This document shows, one piece after another, positions 1 through 9,231 of a stretch of DNA of 30,730 nt. The notes beneath the pieces were generated by a model. The model had not been told where the DNA came from. It made no database searches and was given only the letters and a program-made list of their open reading frames with translations. The translations under genes and the position numbers were made by a program. Each line of letters begins with the position of its first letter. Position 1 is the first letter of the stretch. The stretch lies in sequence record DRR723986_4151. One strand, written 5' to 3'.

Positions 1-406
1 CTTGCTTACCAAGAAAGGAATCCTTATTACCTGTAATGGCAATCATTTTATTTTTTGCGTTTTTAATAAGCGGCACCAAAACTTTTATTTCTGGAGTGTT
101 GCCACTTTTAGAAATACAGATTACAACGTCATCTTTTAAAATTAATCCTAAATCACCATGTATAGCATCTGCAGCATGCATAAAAATGGCAGGTGTACCA
201 GTAGAATTTAATGTAGCTACAATTTTATTGGCAATAATGGCACTTTTGCCAATACCTGTTATAATAACACGCCCTTTAGAATTATAAATCAATTCTACGG
301 CTTCTGCAAAATCATTTGTAAGTAATTCCGACAAATTAGCAATGGCTTTGCTCTCTAATTTAATCGTGCTTTTTGCAGTGGTTAAAATGGATGACGTAGT
401 ATTCAA
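1..406 (-). CDS. kdsD: KpsF/GutQ family sugar-phosphate isomerase (arabinose-5-phosphate isomerase), 5' part; runs off the window edge
   Basis: Not in the ORF track. Manual translation from TTG at 406 gives MNTTSSILTTAKSTIKLESKAIANL...KGRVIITGIGKSAIIANKIVATLNSTGTPAIFMHAADAIHGDLG, which has the SIS-domain GxGKS and HGDLG motifs of KpsF/GutQ. Confidence 0.9.
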   Translation of the reverse strand, partial: MNTTSSILTTAKSTIKLESKAIANLSELLTNDFAEAVELIYNSKGRVIITGIGKSAIIANKIVATLNSTGTPAIFMHAADAIHGDLGLILKDDVVICISKSGNTPEIKVLVPLIKNAKNKMIAITGNKDSFLGKQ

Positions 407-463
407 AATTAATTTTTTTTGGGTTTTCTAGGTTTACAGAAATTGTTATCTTTAAACTTATTG

Positions 464-471
464 CAAATGTA
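464..471 (-). promoter_or_regulatory. Bacteroidota housekeeping promoter -7 element (TACATTTG) for kdsD
   Basis: Matches TAnnTTTG on the minus strand in the kdsD/recQ divergent gap. A near match, TATCTTTA (447-454, +), faces recQ. Confidence 0.5.
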
Positions 472-493
472 TATAAAATACTAATAGGGATTA

Positions 494-2692
494 ATGAGTA
501 TTGCAGAAATTGACTTACACGCTTCACTTAAAAAATACTTTGGTTTTTCAGAATTTAAAGGCTTACAAGAAGAGGTTATAAAAAATGTAGTTGCAGGTAA
601 TAATACCTTTGTTATTATGCCAACAGGTGGTGGTAAATCACTCTGTTATCAACTTCCAGCATTAATAAAGGAAGGAACCGCAATCGTGGTGTCTCCTTTA
701 ATTGCATTAATGAAAAATCAGGTAGATGCTATCAGAGCAGTGTCTGAAAATGAAGGAGTAGCGCATGTATTAAATTCTTCATTAAATAAAACTGAAGTTA
801 AGCGCGTAAAGGATGATATTGTTAGTGGTGTAACTAAATTGCTTTACGTAGCACCAGAATCACTGACCAAAGAGGAATATGTAGATTTTTTAAGAACGGT
901 AAAAATATCGTTCATGGCTGTTGATGAAGCCCATTGTATTAGTGAATGGGGACACGACTTTAGACCAGAATACAGAAACTTAAGACATATTATAAAACGT
1001 ATAGAAGATAATATTCCTATTGTCGGTTTAACAGCGACAGCGACTCCTAAAGTACAGGAAGATATATTAAAAAGTCTCGGTATATCTGATGCTGTAACGT
1101 TTAAAGCCTCATTTAACAGGCCAAATTTGTACTATGAAGTACGCCCAAAAACAAAAAATGTAGACGCTGATATCATTCGATTTGTAAAACAAAACGAAGG
1201 TAAATCTGGTATTGTTTATTGTTTGAGTAGAAAACGCGTTGAAGAATTAGCACAGGTACTACAAGTCAATGGTTTAAAAGCAGTACCATATCACGCTGGT
1301 TTAGATGCTAAAACACGTGTTAAGCATCAAGACATGTTCCTAATGGAAGATACAGATGTGGTAGTAGCAACTATTGCTTTTGGTATGGGAATAGATAAAC
1401 CAGATGTGCGTTTTGTGATTCATCATGATATCCCAAAAAGTATTGAAAGTTATTATCAGGAAACTGGAAGAGCAGGTAGAGATGGAGGAGAAGGTCATTG
1501 TTTGGCATATTATGCTTATAAAGACATTGAGAAGCTTGAGAAGTTTATGTCTGGCAAACCTGTTGCAGAACAAGAAATCGGTCACGCATTATTACAAGAA
1601 GTGGTCGCCTTTGCAGAGACTTCAATTTCCAGACGAAAATTTATTCTCCATTATTTTGGTGAAGAGTTTGATAATGAAACTGGTGAAGGTGGTGACATGG
1701 ACGATAACGTTCGAAATCCTAAAAAACAGGTCGAAGCTCAAGACGACGTCAAAGTTTTATTAGAAACGGTACAAAAGACCAACGAAAAGTATAAGTCTAA
1801 AGACTTGGTGCAAGTTATTGTTGGTAATTCTAATGCTTTAATCTCATCACATAAAACAGATACACAGCCATTTTTTGGCATAGGGAAAGACAAAGAGGCA
1901 AGACATTGGATGGCCTTAATACGTCAGGTCCTAGTAGCTGATTATTTAAAGAAAGATATAGAGACTTATGGTGTTTTGCGTTTAAGTGAAGCTGGCAAAG
2001 AATTTATTAATAATCCTGTGTCATTTATGATGGCAGAAGATCATGTCTTTGATGTAGACGCTAATGATGGTGTTATTACTAAAGCAAAAGGAGGTGAAGC
2101 TGCAGACGATAAACTTATGACCATGCTAAAGGATTTACGTAAGCGAAATGCAAAGAAACTTGGTGTACCACCATTTGTAATATTTCAAGATCCTTCTTTA
2201 GAAGATATGGCTTTAAAGTATCCGATTACTATAGTAGAACTATCTAATGTACATGGTGTTGGTGAAAGTAAGGCGAAGAAATACGGTAAAGACTTTATTA
2301 CTTTAATTGCAGATTATGTTGAGGAAAATGATATTGTACGACCAGATGATATGGTTGTGAAATCTACAGGTACCAACTCTGCATTAAAACTTTACATTAT
2401 ACAAAACGTTGACCGCAAATTGCCATTAGACGATATCGCATCTGCAAAAGGAATGGAAATGCCAGAGTTTATTAAAGAAATGGAATCTATTGTTTTTTCA
2501 GGTACTAAAATCAATATTAATTATTGGATAGATGAGATTTTAGATGAAGATCAGCAAGAAGAAATTCATGATTATTTTATGGAATCTGAAAGCGATAAAA
2601 TTTCTGATGCTATAGAAGAATTTGATGGCGATTACGAAGACGAGGAACTACGCCTTTATCGTATTAAATTTATGAGTGAAGTGGCCAACTAG
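494..2692 (+). CDS. recQ: ATP-dependent DNA helicase RecQ
   Basis: Walker A MPTGGGKSLCYQLP, VDEAHCISEWGHDFRP, QETGRAGRDG, then RQC and HRDC-like regions (VPPFVIFQDPSLEDMA) and an acidic C-terminal domain. Confidence 0.97.
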   Translation: MSIAEIDLHASLKKYFGFSEFKGLQEEVIKNVVAGNNTFVIMPTGGGKSLCYQLPALIKEGTAIVVSPLIALMKNQVDAIRAVSENEGVAHVLNSSLNKTEVKRVKDDIVSGVTKLLYVAPESLTKEEYVDFLRTVKISFMAVDEAHCISEWGHDFRPEYRNLRHIIKRIEDNIPIVGLTATATPKVQEDILKSLGISDAVTFKASFNRPNLYYEVRPKTKNVDADIIRFVKQNEGKSGIVYCLSRKRVEELAQVLQVNGLKAVPYHAGLDAKTRVKHQDMFLMEDTDVVVATIAFGMGIDKPDVRFVIHHDIPKSIESYYQETGRAGRDGGEGHCLAYYAYKDIEKLEKFMSGKPVAEQEIGHALLQEVVAFAETSISRRKFILHYFGEEFDNETGEGGDMDDNVRNPKKQVEAQDDVKVLLETVQKTNEKYKSKDLVQVIVGNSNALISSHKTDTQPFFGIGKDKEARHWMALIRQVLVADYLKKDIETYGVLRLSEAGKEFINNPVSFMMAEDHVFDVDANDGVITKAKGGEAADDKLMTMLKDLRKRNAKKLGVPPFVIFQDPSLEDMALKYPITIVELSNVHGVGESKAKKYGKDFITLIADYVEENDIVRPDDMVVKSTGTNSALKLYIIQNVDRKLPLDDIASAKGMEMPEFIKEMESIVFSGTKININYWIDEILDEDQQEEIHDYFMESESDKISDAIEEFDGDYEDEELRLYRIKFMSEVAN

Positions 2693-2810
2693 ATGGTACT
2701 TTTTATTTGCAGACTTGTTATAATTACCAACCCAAGTGTTGAGCCTAAAAACTCATAAAAGGCCATACTCTATATTTTAAAAACAACAGATAAATCAACA
2801 AAGGACAAAG

Positions 2811-2828
2811 ATGACGTAAAGTTGTCAT
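2811..2828. promoter_or_regulatory. Candidate operator, inverted repeat ATGAC-N8-GTCAT
   Basis: Perfect 5-bp inverted repeat (atgacgtaaagttgtcat) about 35 bp upstream of a TAnnTTTG element and 65 bp upstream of an XRE-HTH gene. Confidence 0.4.
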
Positions 2829-2861
2829 AAGATTGAAGCTACCAAATTAACTAATGAATAA

Positions 2862-2869
2862 TAGTTTTG
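2862..2869 (+). promoter_or_regulatory. Bacteroidota -7 promoter element (TAGTTTTG)
   Basis: TAnnTTTG match 24 bp upstream of the ATG at 2894. Confidence 0.55.
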
Positions 2870-2893
2870 TTCTAAACAATTAAAACAAGACAA

Positions 2894-3499
2894 ATGAAGA
2901 ATAAAATTCTTGCCAAAAAAGTTAAAGAGTTAAGAAAAAGAAAAGGATATTCTCAAGAGGAATTAGCCGAGAAATCAGGTTTAAGTCTTAGAACAGTTCA
3001 ACGAATAGAAAACGGATAAACAGAACCAACTGGAGAGTCTCTAAAAAGGATTTCTGGTGCATTCAACGTAAGTCCCGAAGAATTGGTTGATTGGACAATA
3101 ATAGAGGATAACGGATTTTTAAAAGCAATGAATCTTTCTGCATTAACATTTTTATTATTTCCGTTATTGGGGATTTTAGTTCCTTTAATAATGTGGATTT
3201 CTAAAAAAGATAAGGTGAAAAATATTAATACAATTGGAAAGAATATTTTAAACTTTCAAATTACTTGGTGTCTTATACTATTTGCTGGTTTCATTTTAAA
3301 TTCAGTAATACTTGCCAAAGAATTTGATTCTGCAGATGTTGTTTTGGTTGCCTCAATAATTTCAAGTCAAAAACGAATCATAATTTTCTTTTTGATGATG
3401 TATGCAGTGAATGTAATGCTGATTGTTGTAAATAATTTTAAGATAGAAAAAAGCAAAAATGTATTCTACTACCCAAAAATAAATTTTATTCGGCAATAA
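2894..3499 (+). pseudogene. XRE-family HTH plus membrane (DUF4870-like) protein interrupted by an in-frame TAA at 3017-3019
   Basis: From ATG 2894: MKNKILAKKVKELRKRKGYSQEELAEKSGLSLRTVQRIENG*TEPTGESLKRISGAFNVSPEELVDW..., a classic HTH_3/XRE domain in the same frame as ORF 3083..3499 (LLGILVPLIMWISKK, GKNILNFQIT, YYPKINFI; DUF4870-like). Confidence 0.85.
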
Positions 3500-3528
3500 A
3501 GCAGATCTTATAGAAGAGAGTAAAATGG

Positions 3529-3972
3529 TTATTCTTCTTCATCAAGGCCTTCGTATCTACTAAAGGAAACTTCCTTCTTATTTACCTTTAATAAAACGCT
3601 ATTTAATTTGGCATTCTGTAATTTTTCAATGTCAGATTCCTCTATTTCAAAGTCAATCTTGGTAATATACCTTCCTTTAATATCTGAGTGGTCAGATTCA
3701 AATTCTTGTGAGTCGGCATTGAGTGTCAATTCAAAATTGTTACCCTTAAAAATTAATGTAGCTCCGTTTTTTGATTTTATTTGAAATGACCCTACAATAA
3801 CCGTTTGAAAAAAGAAGTAACCGCCTAATTCATTTAAACCAGCAAACAACACATTACTATTAGAAACACCATAAGGAGTATGCTCTACATCAGCAATGAT
3901 AGTTTCAATAGTATCGTTTGATGCTGATTCAGTGTTATCGCTTTTAAAGAGTTTAGAAAAAGAAAATCCCAT
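3529..3972 (-). CDS. Hypothetical protein (147 aa)
   Basis: ORF 3529..4017. The start is probably ATG 3972 (MGFSFSKLFK) because a TAnnTTTG element sits at 3988-3995, inside the longer ORF. Confidence 0.75.
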   Translation of the reverse strand: MGFSFSKLFKSDNTESASNDTIETIIADVEHTPYGVSNSNVLFAGLNELGGYFFFQTVIVGSFQIKSKNGATLIFKGNNFELTLNADSQEFESDHSDIKGRYITKIDFEIEESDIEKLQNAKLNSVLLKVNKKEVSFSRYEGLDEEE

Positions 3973-3987
3973 ATAATTTGATTTCAG

Positions 3988-3995
3988 CAAAACTA
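3988..3995 (-). promoter_or_regulatory. Bacteroidota -7 promoter element (TAGTTTTG)
   Basis: TAnnTTTG on the minus strand 15 bp upstream of ATG 3972. Confidence 0.55.
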
Positions 3996-4047
3996 AGTTT
4001 ATTAAATCAATTCTCAAATCTAAATTCGTAAATCATAAATCATTGAC

Positions 4048-4055
4048 TATCTTTG
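4048..4055 (+). promoter_or_regulatory. Bacteroidota -7 promoter element (TATCTTTG)
   Basis: TAnnTTTG followed by C, 24 bp upstream of the PPIase ATG, with an A-rich leader. Confidence 0.7.
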
Positions 4056-4079
4056 CAGCCTTAAATAAAAGACAAAACA

Positions 4080-5012
4080 ATGCAAGACGGTTTATACGCA
4101 AAATTCAATACCTCAAAAGGTAGCATAATGGTGAATTTAGAGTTTGAAAAAACTCCAGGAACAGTAGGTAATTTTGTTGCTTTAGCAGAAGGTAGTTTAG
4201 AAAACTCAGCAAAGCCACAGGGAACTCCTTATTACGACGGATTAACTTTTCATAGAGTTATACCAGATTTTATGATTCAAGGTGGTTGTCCACAAGGAAC
4301 AGGAACAGGAAATCCAGGTTACAAGTTTGATGATGAAATTCATCCGGATTTAAAACATGATGGTCCTGGTAAATTGTCTATGGCCAATGCCGGTCCTGGT
4401 ACTAATGGAAGTCAGTTTTTTATTACACATGTAGAAACAGCGTGGTTAGATGGTAAGCATACTGTTTTTGGTAATGTTATTGAAGGACAAGATGTTGTAG
4501 ATGCTATTGCACAAGGCGATAAAATTGATAGTTTAGAAATTGTAAGACAAGGTAAGGCTGCTGAAGATTTTAACGCTGTTGAAGCCTTTAGAACTTTTGA
4601 AGGTGCGCGCGAAAAGCGTTTAGCTGCAGAAAAAGAAGCTGCAAGAGCAGAGCTAGATAAATTAGCTGCTGGTTTTGACGAAACAGAATCGGGTTTACGC
4701 TACAAGGTATTACAAAAAGGAAGCGGTAAAAAAGCTGAAAAAGGGAATACAGTGTCTGTACATTACAAAGGACAATTAGCTGACGGAACTGTTTTTGATT
4801 CGTCATATAAAAGAAATGCTCCTTTAGATTTTCAGGTTGGAGTAGGACAAGTAATTTCAGGTTGGGATGAAGGTATCTGTTTACTAAATGTTGGTGATAA
4901 AGCTCGCTTAGTAATTCCTAGTGACTTGGCTTATGGTTCTGCTGGTGCTGGTGGTGTTATTCCTCCAAATGCAACTTTGGTTTTTGATGTAGAATTAATG
5001 GATGCGAAGTAG
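4080..5012 (+). CDS. Peptidyl-prolyl cis-trans isomerase, cyclophilin plus FKBP dual-domain
   Basis: Cyclophilin motifs [46 protein letters not shown] motifs [37 protein letters not shown]. Confidence 0.96.
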   Translation: MQDGLYAKFNTSKGSIMVNLEFEKTPGTVGNFVALAEGSLENSAKPQGTPYYDGLTFHRVIPDFMIQGGCPQGTGTGNPGYKFDDEIHPDLKHDGPGKLSMANAGPGTNGSQFFITHVETAWLDGKHTVFGNVIEGQDVVDAIAQGDKIDSLEIVRQGKAAEDFNAVEAFRTFEGAREKRLAAEKEAARAELDKLAAGFDETESGLRYKVLQKGSGKKAEKGNTVSVHYKGQLADGTVFDSSYKRNAPLDFQVGVGQVISGWDEGICLLNVGDKARLVIPSDLAYGSAGAGGVIPPNATLVFDVELMDAK

Positions 5013-5051
5013 TTAAAAACAACTAACGAGTAACATAAATAAAAAAGAATC

Positions 5052-5078
5052 GTCTCACTTATAGTGAGACTTTTTTTT
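5052..5078 (+). terminator. Rho-independent terminator after the PPIase gene
   Basis: Stem GTCTCACT, loop TAT, stem AGTGAGAC, followed by T8. Confidence 0.85.
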
Positions 5079-5109
5079 GTTAAACTTTTAATCAATCCCA
5101 CCTGTCAAA

Positions 5110-5811
5110 ATGAAATCTAAAATACTCCTGTACGTTTTATTAATTGTGATTACAGCGAATGGCTGTTCAAAAAATATCGAATATTCTGAGGAATTTAAAA
5201 AGGAAACAAAAGGTAAGTACCTTTACAACCTAGATGAAATCATTGAAGTATCTTATGAGAACAATAAGTTGTATATTATATGGAAAGAGGGAAAAATTCT
5301 ACCCGTAGCTTTAGATACCAATGAGTTTTTTGTAGCTGATATGTATACAAAATTACATTTTGTAGAGCATCCTGTAACAAAAAAGCGATATTTATCAAAG
5401 CTTTCAGAAGATGAGGACACTGAAGTTACTTATGATTATATTAAAGTAGCCGATAGTTATAGAACACCAAGTAAGTTATTGAAAGATGGTGAGTATCAGA
5501 AAGCTTTAGACGGATATATGGCCATTGAACAACAAGATTCTACTAGTTCTTATATTAACGAATGGGATTTTAATAGATTGGGTTATCAGCATATTAGAGA
5601 TAAAGCATATATAGATGCTATAGAAGTTTTTAAAATAAACGCTGCTTTGCATCCAAATAGCCCTAATGTATATGACAGTCTTGCGGAAGCCTATCTAAGG
5701 AATAAAGATAGTACAAACGCTTATGTTAATTATAAAATTTCTTACGACCTTAATCCAAGGAATAGAAGAGCTAAAAGTTTTATAGACGCCTATAAGTTAA
5801 GCGTGGAATAG
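5110..5811 (+). CDS. Tetratricopeptide-repeat protein, probable lipoprotein
   Basis: Signal peptide ending TANGC. C-terminal TPR (FNRLGY...AIEVFKINAALHPNSPNVYDSLAEAY...YDLNP). Confidence 0.8.
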   Translation: MKSKILLYVLLIVITANGCSKNIEYSEEFKKETKGKYLYNLDEIIEVSYENNKLYIIWKEGKILPVALDTNEFFVADMYTKLHFVEHPVTKKRYLSKLSEDEDTEVTYDYIKVADSYRTPSKLLKDGEYQKALDGYMAIEQQDSTSSYINEWDFNRLGYQHIRDKAYIDAIEVFKINAALHPNSPNVYDSLAEAYLRNKDSTNAYVNYKISYDLNPRNRRAKSFIDAYKLSVE

Positions 5812-5825
5812 CCTATTTTGTGCCG

Positions 5826-6179
5826 TTACTTATTTAGTAATAGACTTAGTTGTTTCCCAAAGATAGCTGTTACACCTGCAGCTATTCCACCAACAATGCC
5901 TGTAACCAAAATGAGTGCATATGGGTTGCCACTTAAGGGCAATAAAACGGCAATCCGTTTGGCCAAGGTATAATCATTACCACTGCTAAGTATAAAACTA
6001 TACGTAGCCCAAAATATTAGTATGGCAAAAAAAGGCACCACAAAAACAGCGGCTTTTTTAAGTGGTATAAACAAAGACGTGGCTAAAGCCGCTGTCATCA
6101 CTGACCACCAAGGTAAAACCAAAGACAGTACAAAAGCTAAAATTATAGTGGCGATAAAGTTGGTGATATTCTTAGTCAT
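5826..6179 (-). CDS. Hypothetical small membrane protein (3-4 TM)
   Basis: Very hydrophobic 117-aa ORF whose start overlaps the acylase stop by 8 bp. Confidence 0.8.
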   Translation of the reverse strand: MTKNITNFIATIILAFVLSLVLPWWSVMTAALATSLFIPLKKAAVFVVPFFAILIFWATYSFILSSGNDYTLAKRIAVLLPLSGNPYALILVTGIVGGIAAGVTAIFGKQLSLLLNK

Positions 6180-8595
6180 TCTTTGCAGGTATTAAAGTTT
6201 GAGTGCCAATAATAGCGTCGGTAGTAGTATCAGATTGTAAAAAGTTAAGACTGTGGTAGTTTCCTGCTGCCCAATCGTCAATAAAATTATCGTAGTATTT
6301 ACTACCAGGATTTCCAGATTGACCTCCTGGATAAATACCAATCGCTGTTGGAGGAGAGGTCATTTCTACAATCATGCGCCAGGATGGTCCATGATTCTCT
6401 GAGGTGGCATTGACAATATTTCGGTCTCCACCAATTGGGATATCAAACCGCGAAAAGGCTGGTAATCCTTGCAATAAATGCGCAGCATAAGTGCCTTTAT
6501 AATTGGCCCATTTGTAGTCACCTTGTTCTTCTTTTATTTCCAGTAAACGCTCTGCTGCAGCTTTGAAGGCTAAGGCAAATAAATCGTCCGCGATTTCCAC
6601 ATTTTCGGTGTCTACAATATCCATAAACTTATGGTCGCTATGGTTTTTTAATAAATAAATAGTCTGGTAGGTAAATGGTCTATCGAGTGCCATACTGTCT
6701 ACATCAAATTCATCCCAAACCATATTGTACAATCTGCCATACCATTGTCTCCAAATACTAGGACCAACTTCATCGATATCGTTATTAAATCTCCAGGCTT
6801 CCATTTCGGCTAAAATATCGAGCTCTTCATTTGTAAATCCTTCAGTAGACATTTGCTCTAGCATATGAGGCACTAGCTCTGCGGCTTTAAGATTGTAATT
6901 GTTGTTGTGCAATTGTTTAAAATCAGCTACGCTAAAACGGTCCTTAGAATTAAAGTAGTCATTTATCACACGATTACGATAGGTTTCATAACCGTCGTTA
7001 AACACATAGTATGGATAGTTTTCATCCACAGGATGCTGATTGGCAGAACTCACAAAACCACGTTCCGGGTTTTTAACCTTCGCATTGAATTGCTGTGGAA
7101 TATAAGATTGCCAATCATTTTCAGGATTGCTTCCATCCATTAAAAACTTGCCTTGACCTTCCCATTTATTCGGGAATTTGCCTTGTATCCATAAGGCGAT
7201 ATCTCCTTCTGTAGAGGCAAATACAAAATTTTGTGATGGAGCATTCCAATATTGTAAGGCATCTACATAATCGTCGTAGTTTTTGCCTTTATTGAGTTCT
7301 AAAAATGTTTTCTGGTTGTTTCCTCCTTCATGGCCAACCCATTTCATGGCATAGCCTGCCAATTCCAAATCAGATTTATAGTTTTTGTCATAAACTACTG
7401 GTCCATGATGCGTATAAAGTACAGAATCTTTATAGCTTTCTTTACCTTTTATTTTAATGTCTTCAACTCTTACAGTAACGTCTTTCCAACTGCCATTATA
7501 TTTATACTGACTGCGGTCTGCGTTAAATTCAACTTTGTACCAATCAATGACATCGCGAGTGGCATTGGTTTCTCCCCAGGCAATATGTTGATTAAATCCA
7601 ATAATAACGCCGAGCGCTCCAGGTATTGTAGCACCAAATGAATTATGGTCTGGTGTGCTCAATTGCATGACAAACCAAATGGCTGGCATGTTTAATCCTA
7701 AATGCGGATCACTGGCTAAAATTGGGTTTCCTGTCGCAGATTTAGCAGCAGAAACTGCCCAATTATTACTTCCGTTATCTGGGTTGGGTTGTTCTATGGT
7801 TTCTTTAATGGTGTCTAAAACCGTTCGCTTACTAGCTGGTAATTCGGTTTGTGGGACATCTATAAAACTCCAGTCGGTATCTTTTGGAATAATAGGATCG
7901 GTTACATCGAAGAAATCAGGAAATAACAGATCAAAATTCTTTTTTCCAAACAGTCTTAAGGCATTGGTGTTTTCTAAATCTTCATCTCCACCAGCCAGCA
8001 TTTTGGTCATATACATTAAAAGTAGTGCCGTCTTTTTTGGTGTCCAGACTTCAGGCTCATAGTTTAATAATTTGTACTCTACAGGATAATCCTTTGGGTC
8101 CAATTGATTAATATACGCATTAACACCATCTGCATAATCTTGAATAAATCCAAGTGTTTCAGTGTCGTGCGTCTCCATATACGCTATGGCTTGATCTGCT
8201 CCATAACCCATTCCACGACGACGTTCTGTACGGTCGTGATTAAGCGCTTTTTCACCAATAATTTCAGATAAACGACCTGCAGAGGCTTGGGTTTGAAACT
8301 CTAGTTGCCATAAGCGATGTTTTGCGGTTAAATAACCTTGCGCTTTATATAAATCACTTTCATTTTGTGCAAATACATGCGGAATCAGTTGTGCATCATA
8401 ATGCACAGTTACCTTGTCGCTTAAACCAGGAATTGAGATTTCACCAGACGTAGATTCATCCGTTTCATTTTGCCAGATACCACTATAAGGATTTAAAAAT
8501 TTACCTATTGGTGGAATTGCACCTAATTTGGTATTGAGTAAGAAAAATATAGCAAGGGTAAGAACAAAGGAGGCAATTAGTTTAAAATATTTCAT
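6172..8595 (-). CDS. Penicillin acylase family protein (Ntn hydrolase, peptidase S45)
   Basis: IPHVFAQ...AQGYLTAKHRLWQLE in the alpha chain, GSNNWAV nucleophile Ser, ASDPHL, PGGQSGNPGSKYY, N-terminal hydrophobic anchor. Confidence 0.95.
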   Translation of the reverse strand: MKYFKLIASFVLTLAIFFLLNTKLGAIPPIGKFLNPYSGIWQNETDESTSGEISIPGLSDKVTVHYDAQLIPHVFAQNESDLYKAQGYLTAKHRLWQLEFQTQASAGRLSEIIGEKALNHDRTERRRGMGYGADQAIAYMETHDTETLGFIQDYADGVNAYINQLDPKDYPVEYKLLNYEPEVWTPKKTALLLMYMTKMLAGGDEDLENTNALRLFGKKNFDLLFPDFFDVTDPIIPKDTDWSFIDVPQTELPASKRTVLDTIKETIEQPNPDNGSNNWAVSAAKSATGNPILASDPHLGLNMPAIWFVMQLSTPDHNSFGATIPGALGVIIGFNQHIAWGETNATRDVIDWYKVEFNADRSQYKYNGSWKDVTVRVEDIKIKGKESYKDSVLYTHHGPVVYDKNYKSDLELAGYAMKWVGHEGGNNQKTFLELNKGKNYDDYVDALQYWNAPSQNFVFASTEGDIALWIQGKFPNKWEGQGKFLMDGSNPENDWQSYIPQQFNAKVKNPERGFVSSANQHPVDENYPYYVFNDGYETYRNRVINDYFNSKDRFSVADFKQLHNNNYNLKAAELVPHMLEQMSTEGFTNEELDILAEMEAWRFNNDIDEVGPSIWRQWYGRLYNMVWDEFDVDSMALDRPFTYQTIYLLKNHSDHKFMDIVDTENVEIADDLFALAFKAAAERLLEIKEEQGDYKWANYKGTYAAHLLQGLPAFSRFDIPIGGDRNIVNATSENHGPSWRMIVEMTSPPTAIGIYPGGQSGNPGSKYYDNFIDDWAAGNYHSLNFLQSDTTTDAIIGTQTLIPAKND

Positions 8596-8657
8596 GTAGC
8601 ATTTTTAAAAACGACTTAAAAATACCAAATTATATCTTATTTATTATCAAAAGTGAT

Positions 8658-9185
8658 TCATTCTAATGAAATAGAATCAATAAGAATTTTAAAGCTTTCT
8701 TCCTTTTTATTTCCTATTAAGAAAGCAATTTCTTCCATTTGGTTGCCTTTAAAATTTGGGATATATACTCTATAGCCTCTAAAGGATGCATACATCTCTG
8801 AAAATGGTATACTGACTGTTTGCCATTCACCAGTAGTTTCAAATTCATATATAAAGGAGTATCTGTTATAGCGATCATCTTTCACTCTAAATTGATAAGC
8901 CTTTCCATCACCTTTTATTCTAAGGGTAAATTTTGAATAATCGTCTGTTACTTTTGTGTCGAAGTAATAACGTAAAGAAGAAAATCCACCATTATTTTTT
9001 AGAGATACATCACCATAATATTCTCCATGACCGTCTGTATTAACTTTAAAATTACCATCTGATCGTCCGCCCATAACAACATCGTCAAGTATTCTCCAAT
9101 TAGAAATGTCGCTATCCGTTGAAAAATTAAATAATACCATAGATTGAAATATAAAAGTGAGTAAAATAGGTTTTAAATAAGGCAT
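8658..9185 (-). CDS. CIA30 family protein
   Basis: WRILDDVVMGGRS, VSLKNNGGFSSLR, LRIKGDGKAY, WQTVSIPF motifs. Confidence 0.92.
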   Translation of the reverse strand: MPYLKPILLTFIFQSMVLFNFSTDSDISNWRILDDVVMGGRSDGNFKVNTDGHGEYYGDVSLKNNGGFSSLRYYFDTKVTDDYSKFTLRIKGDGKAYQFRVKDDRYNRYSFIYEFETTGEWQTVSIPFSEMYASFRGYRVYIPNFKGNQMEEIAFLIGNKKEESFKILIDSISLE

Positions 9186-9231
9186 AACATCGTTTTTTTG
9201 TAAAGATACGACAGGTCCTTTTTCCTAAAAT

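Noticed and set aside
36..287. 83-aa plus-strand ORF
   Set aside because: Antisense shadow of the kdsD/kpsF gene on the minus strand.
1340..1763. Short ORFs inside recQ (1340..1585 -, 1425..1763 +)
   Set aside because: Fully nested in a conserved gene, with no recognisable motifs.
3017..3019. Stop-codon reassignment or programmed readthrough at the in-frame TAA
   Set aside because: TAA terminates many ordinary genes in this window and no recoding signal is visible. A point mutation or sequencing error is simpler.
6907..8062. Three plus-strand ORFs opposite the acylase
   Set aside because: Antisense or alternative-frame shadows with no protein-like motifs.
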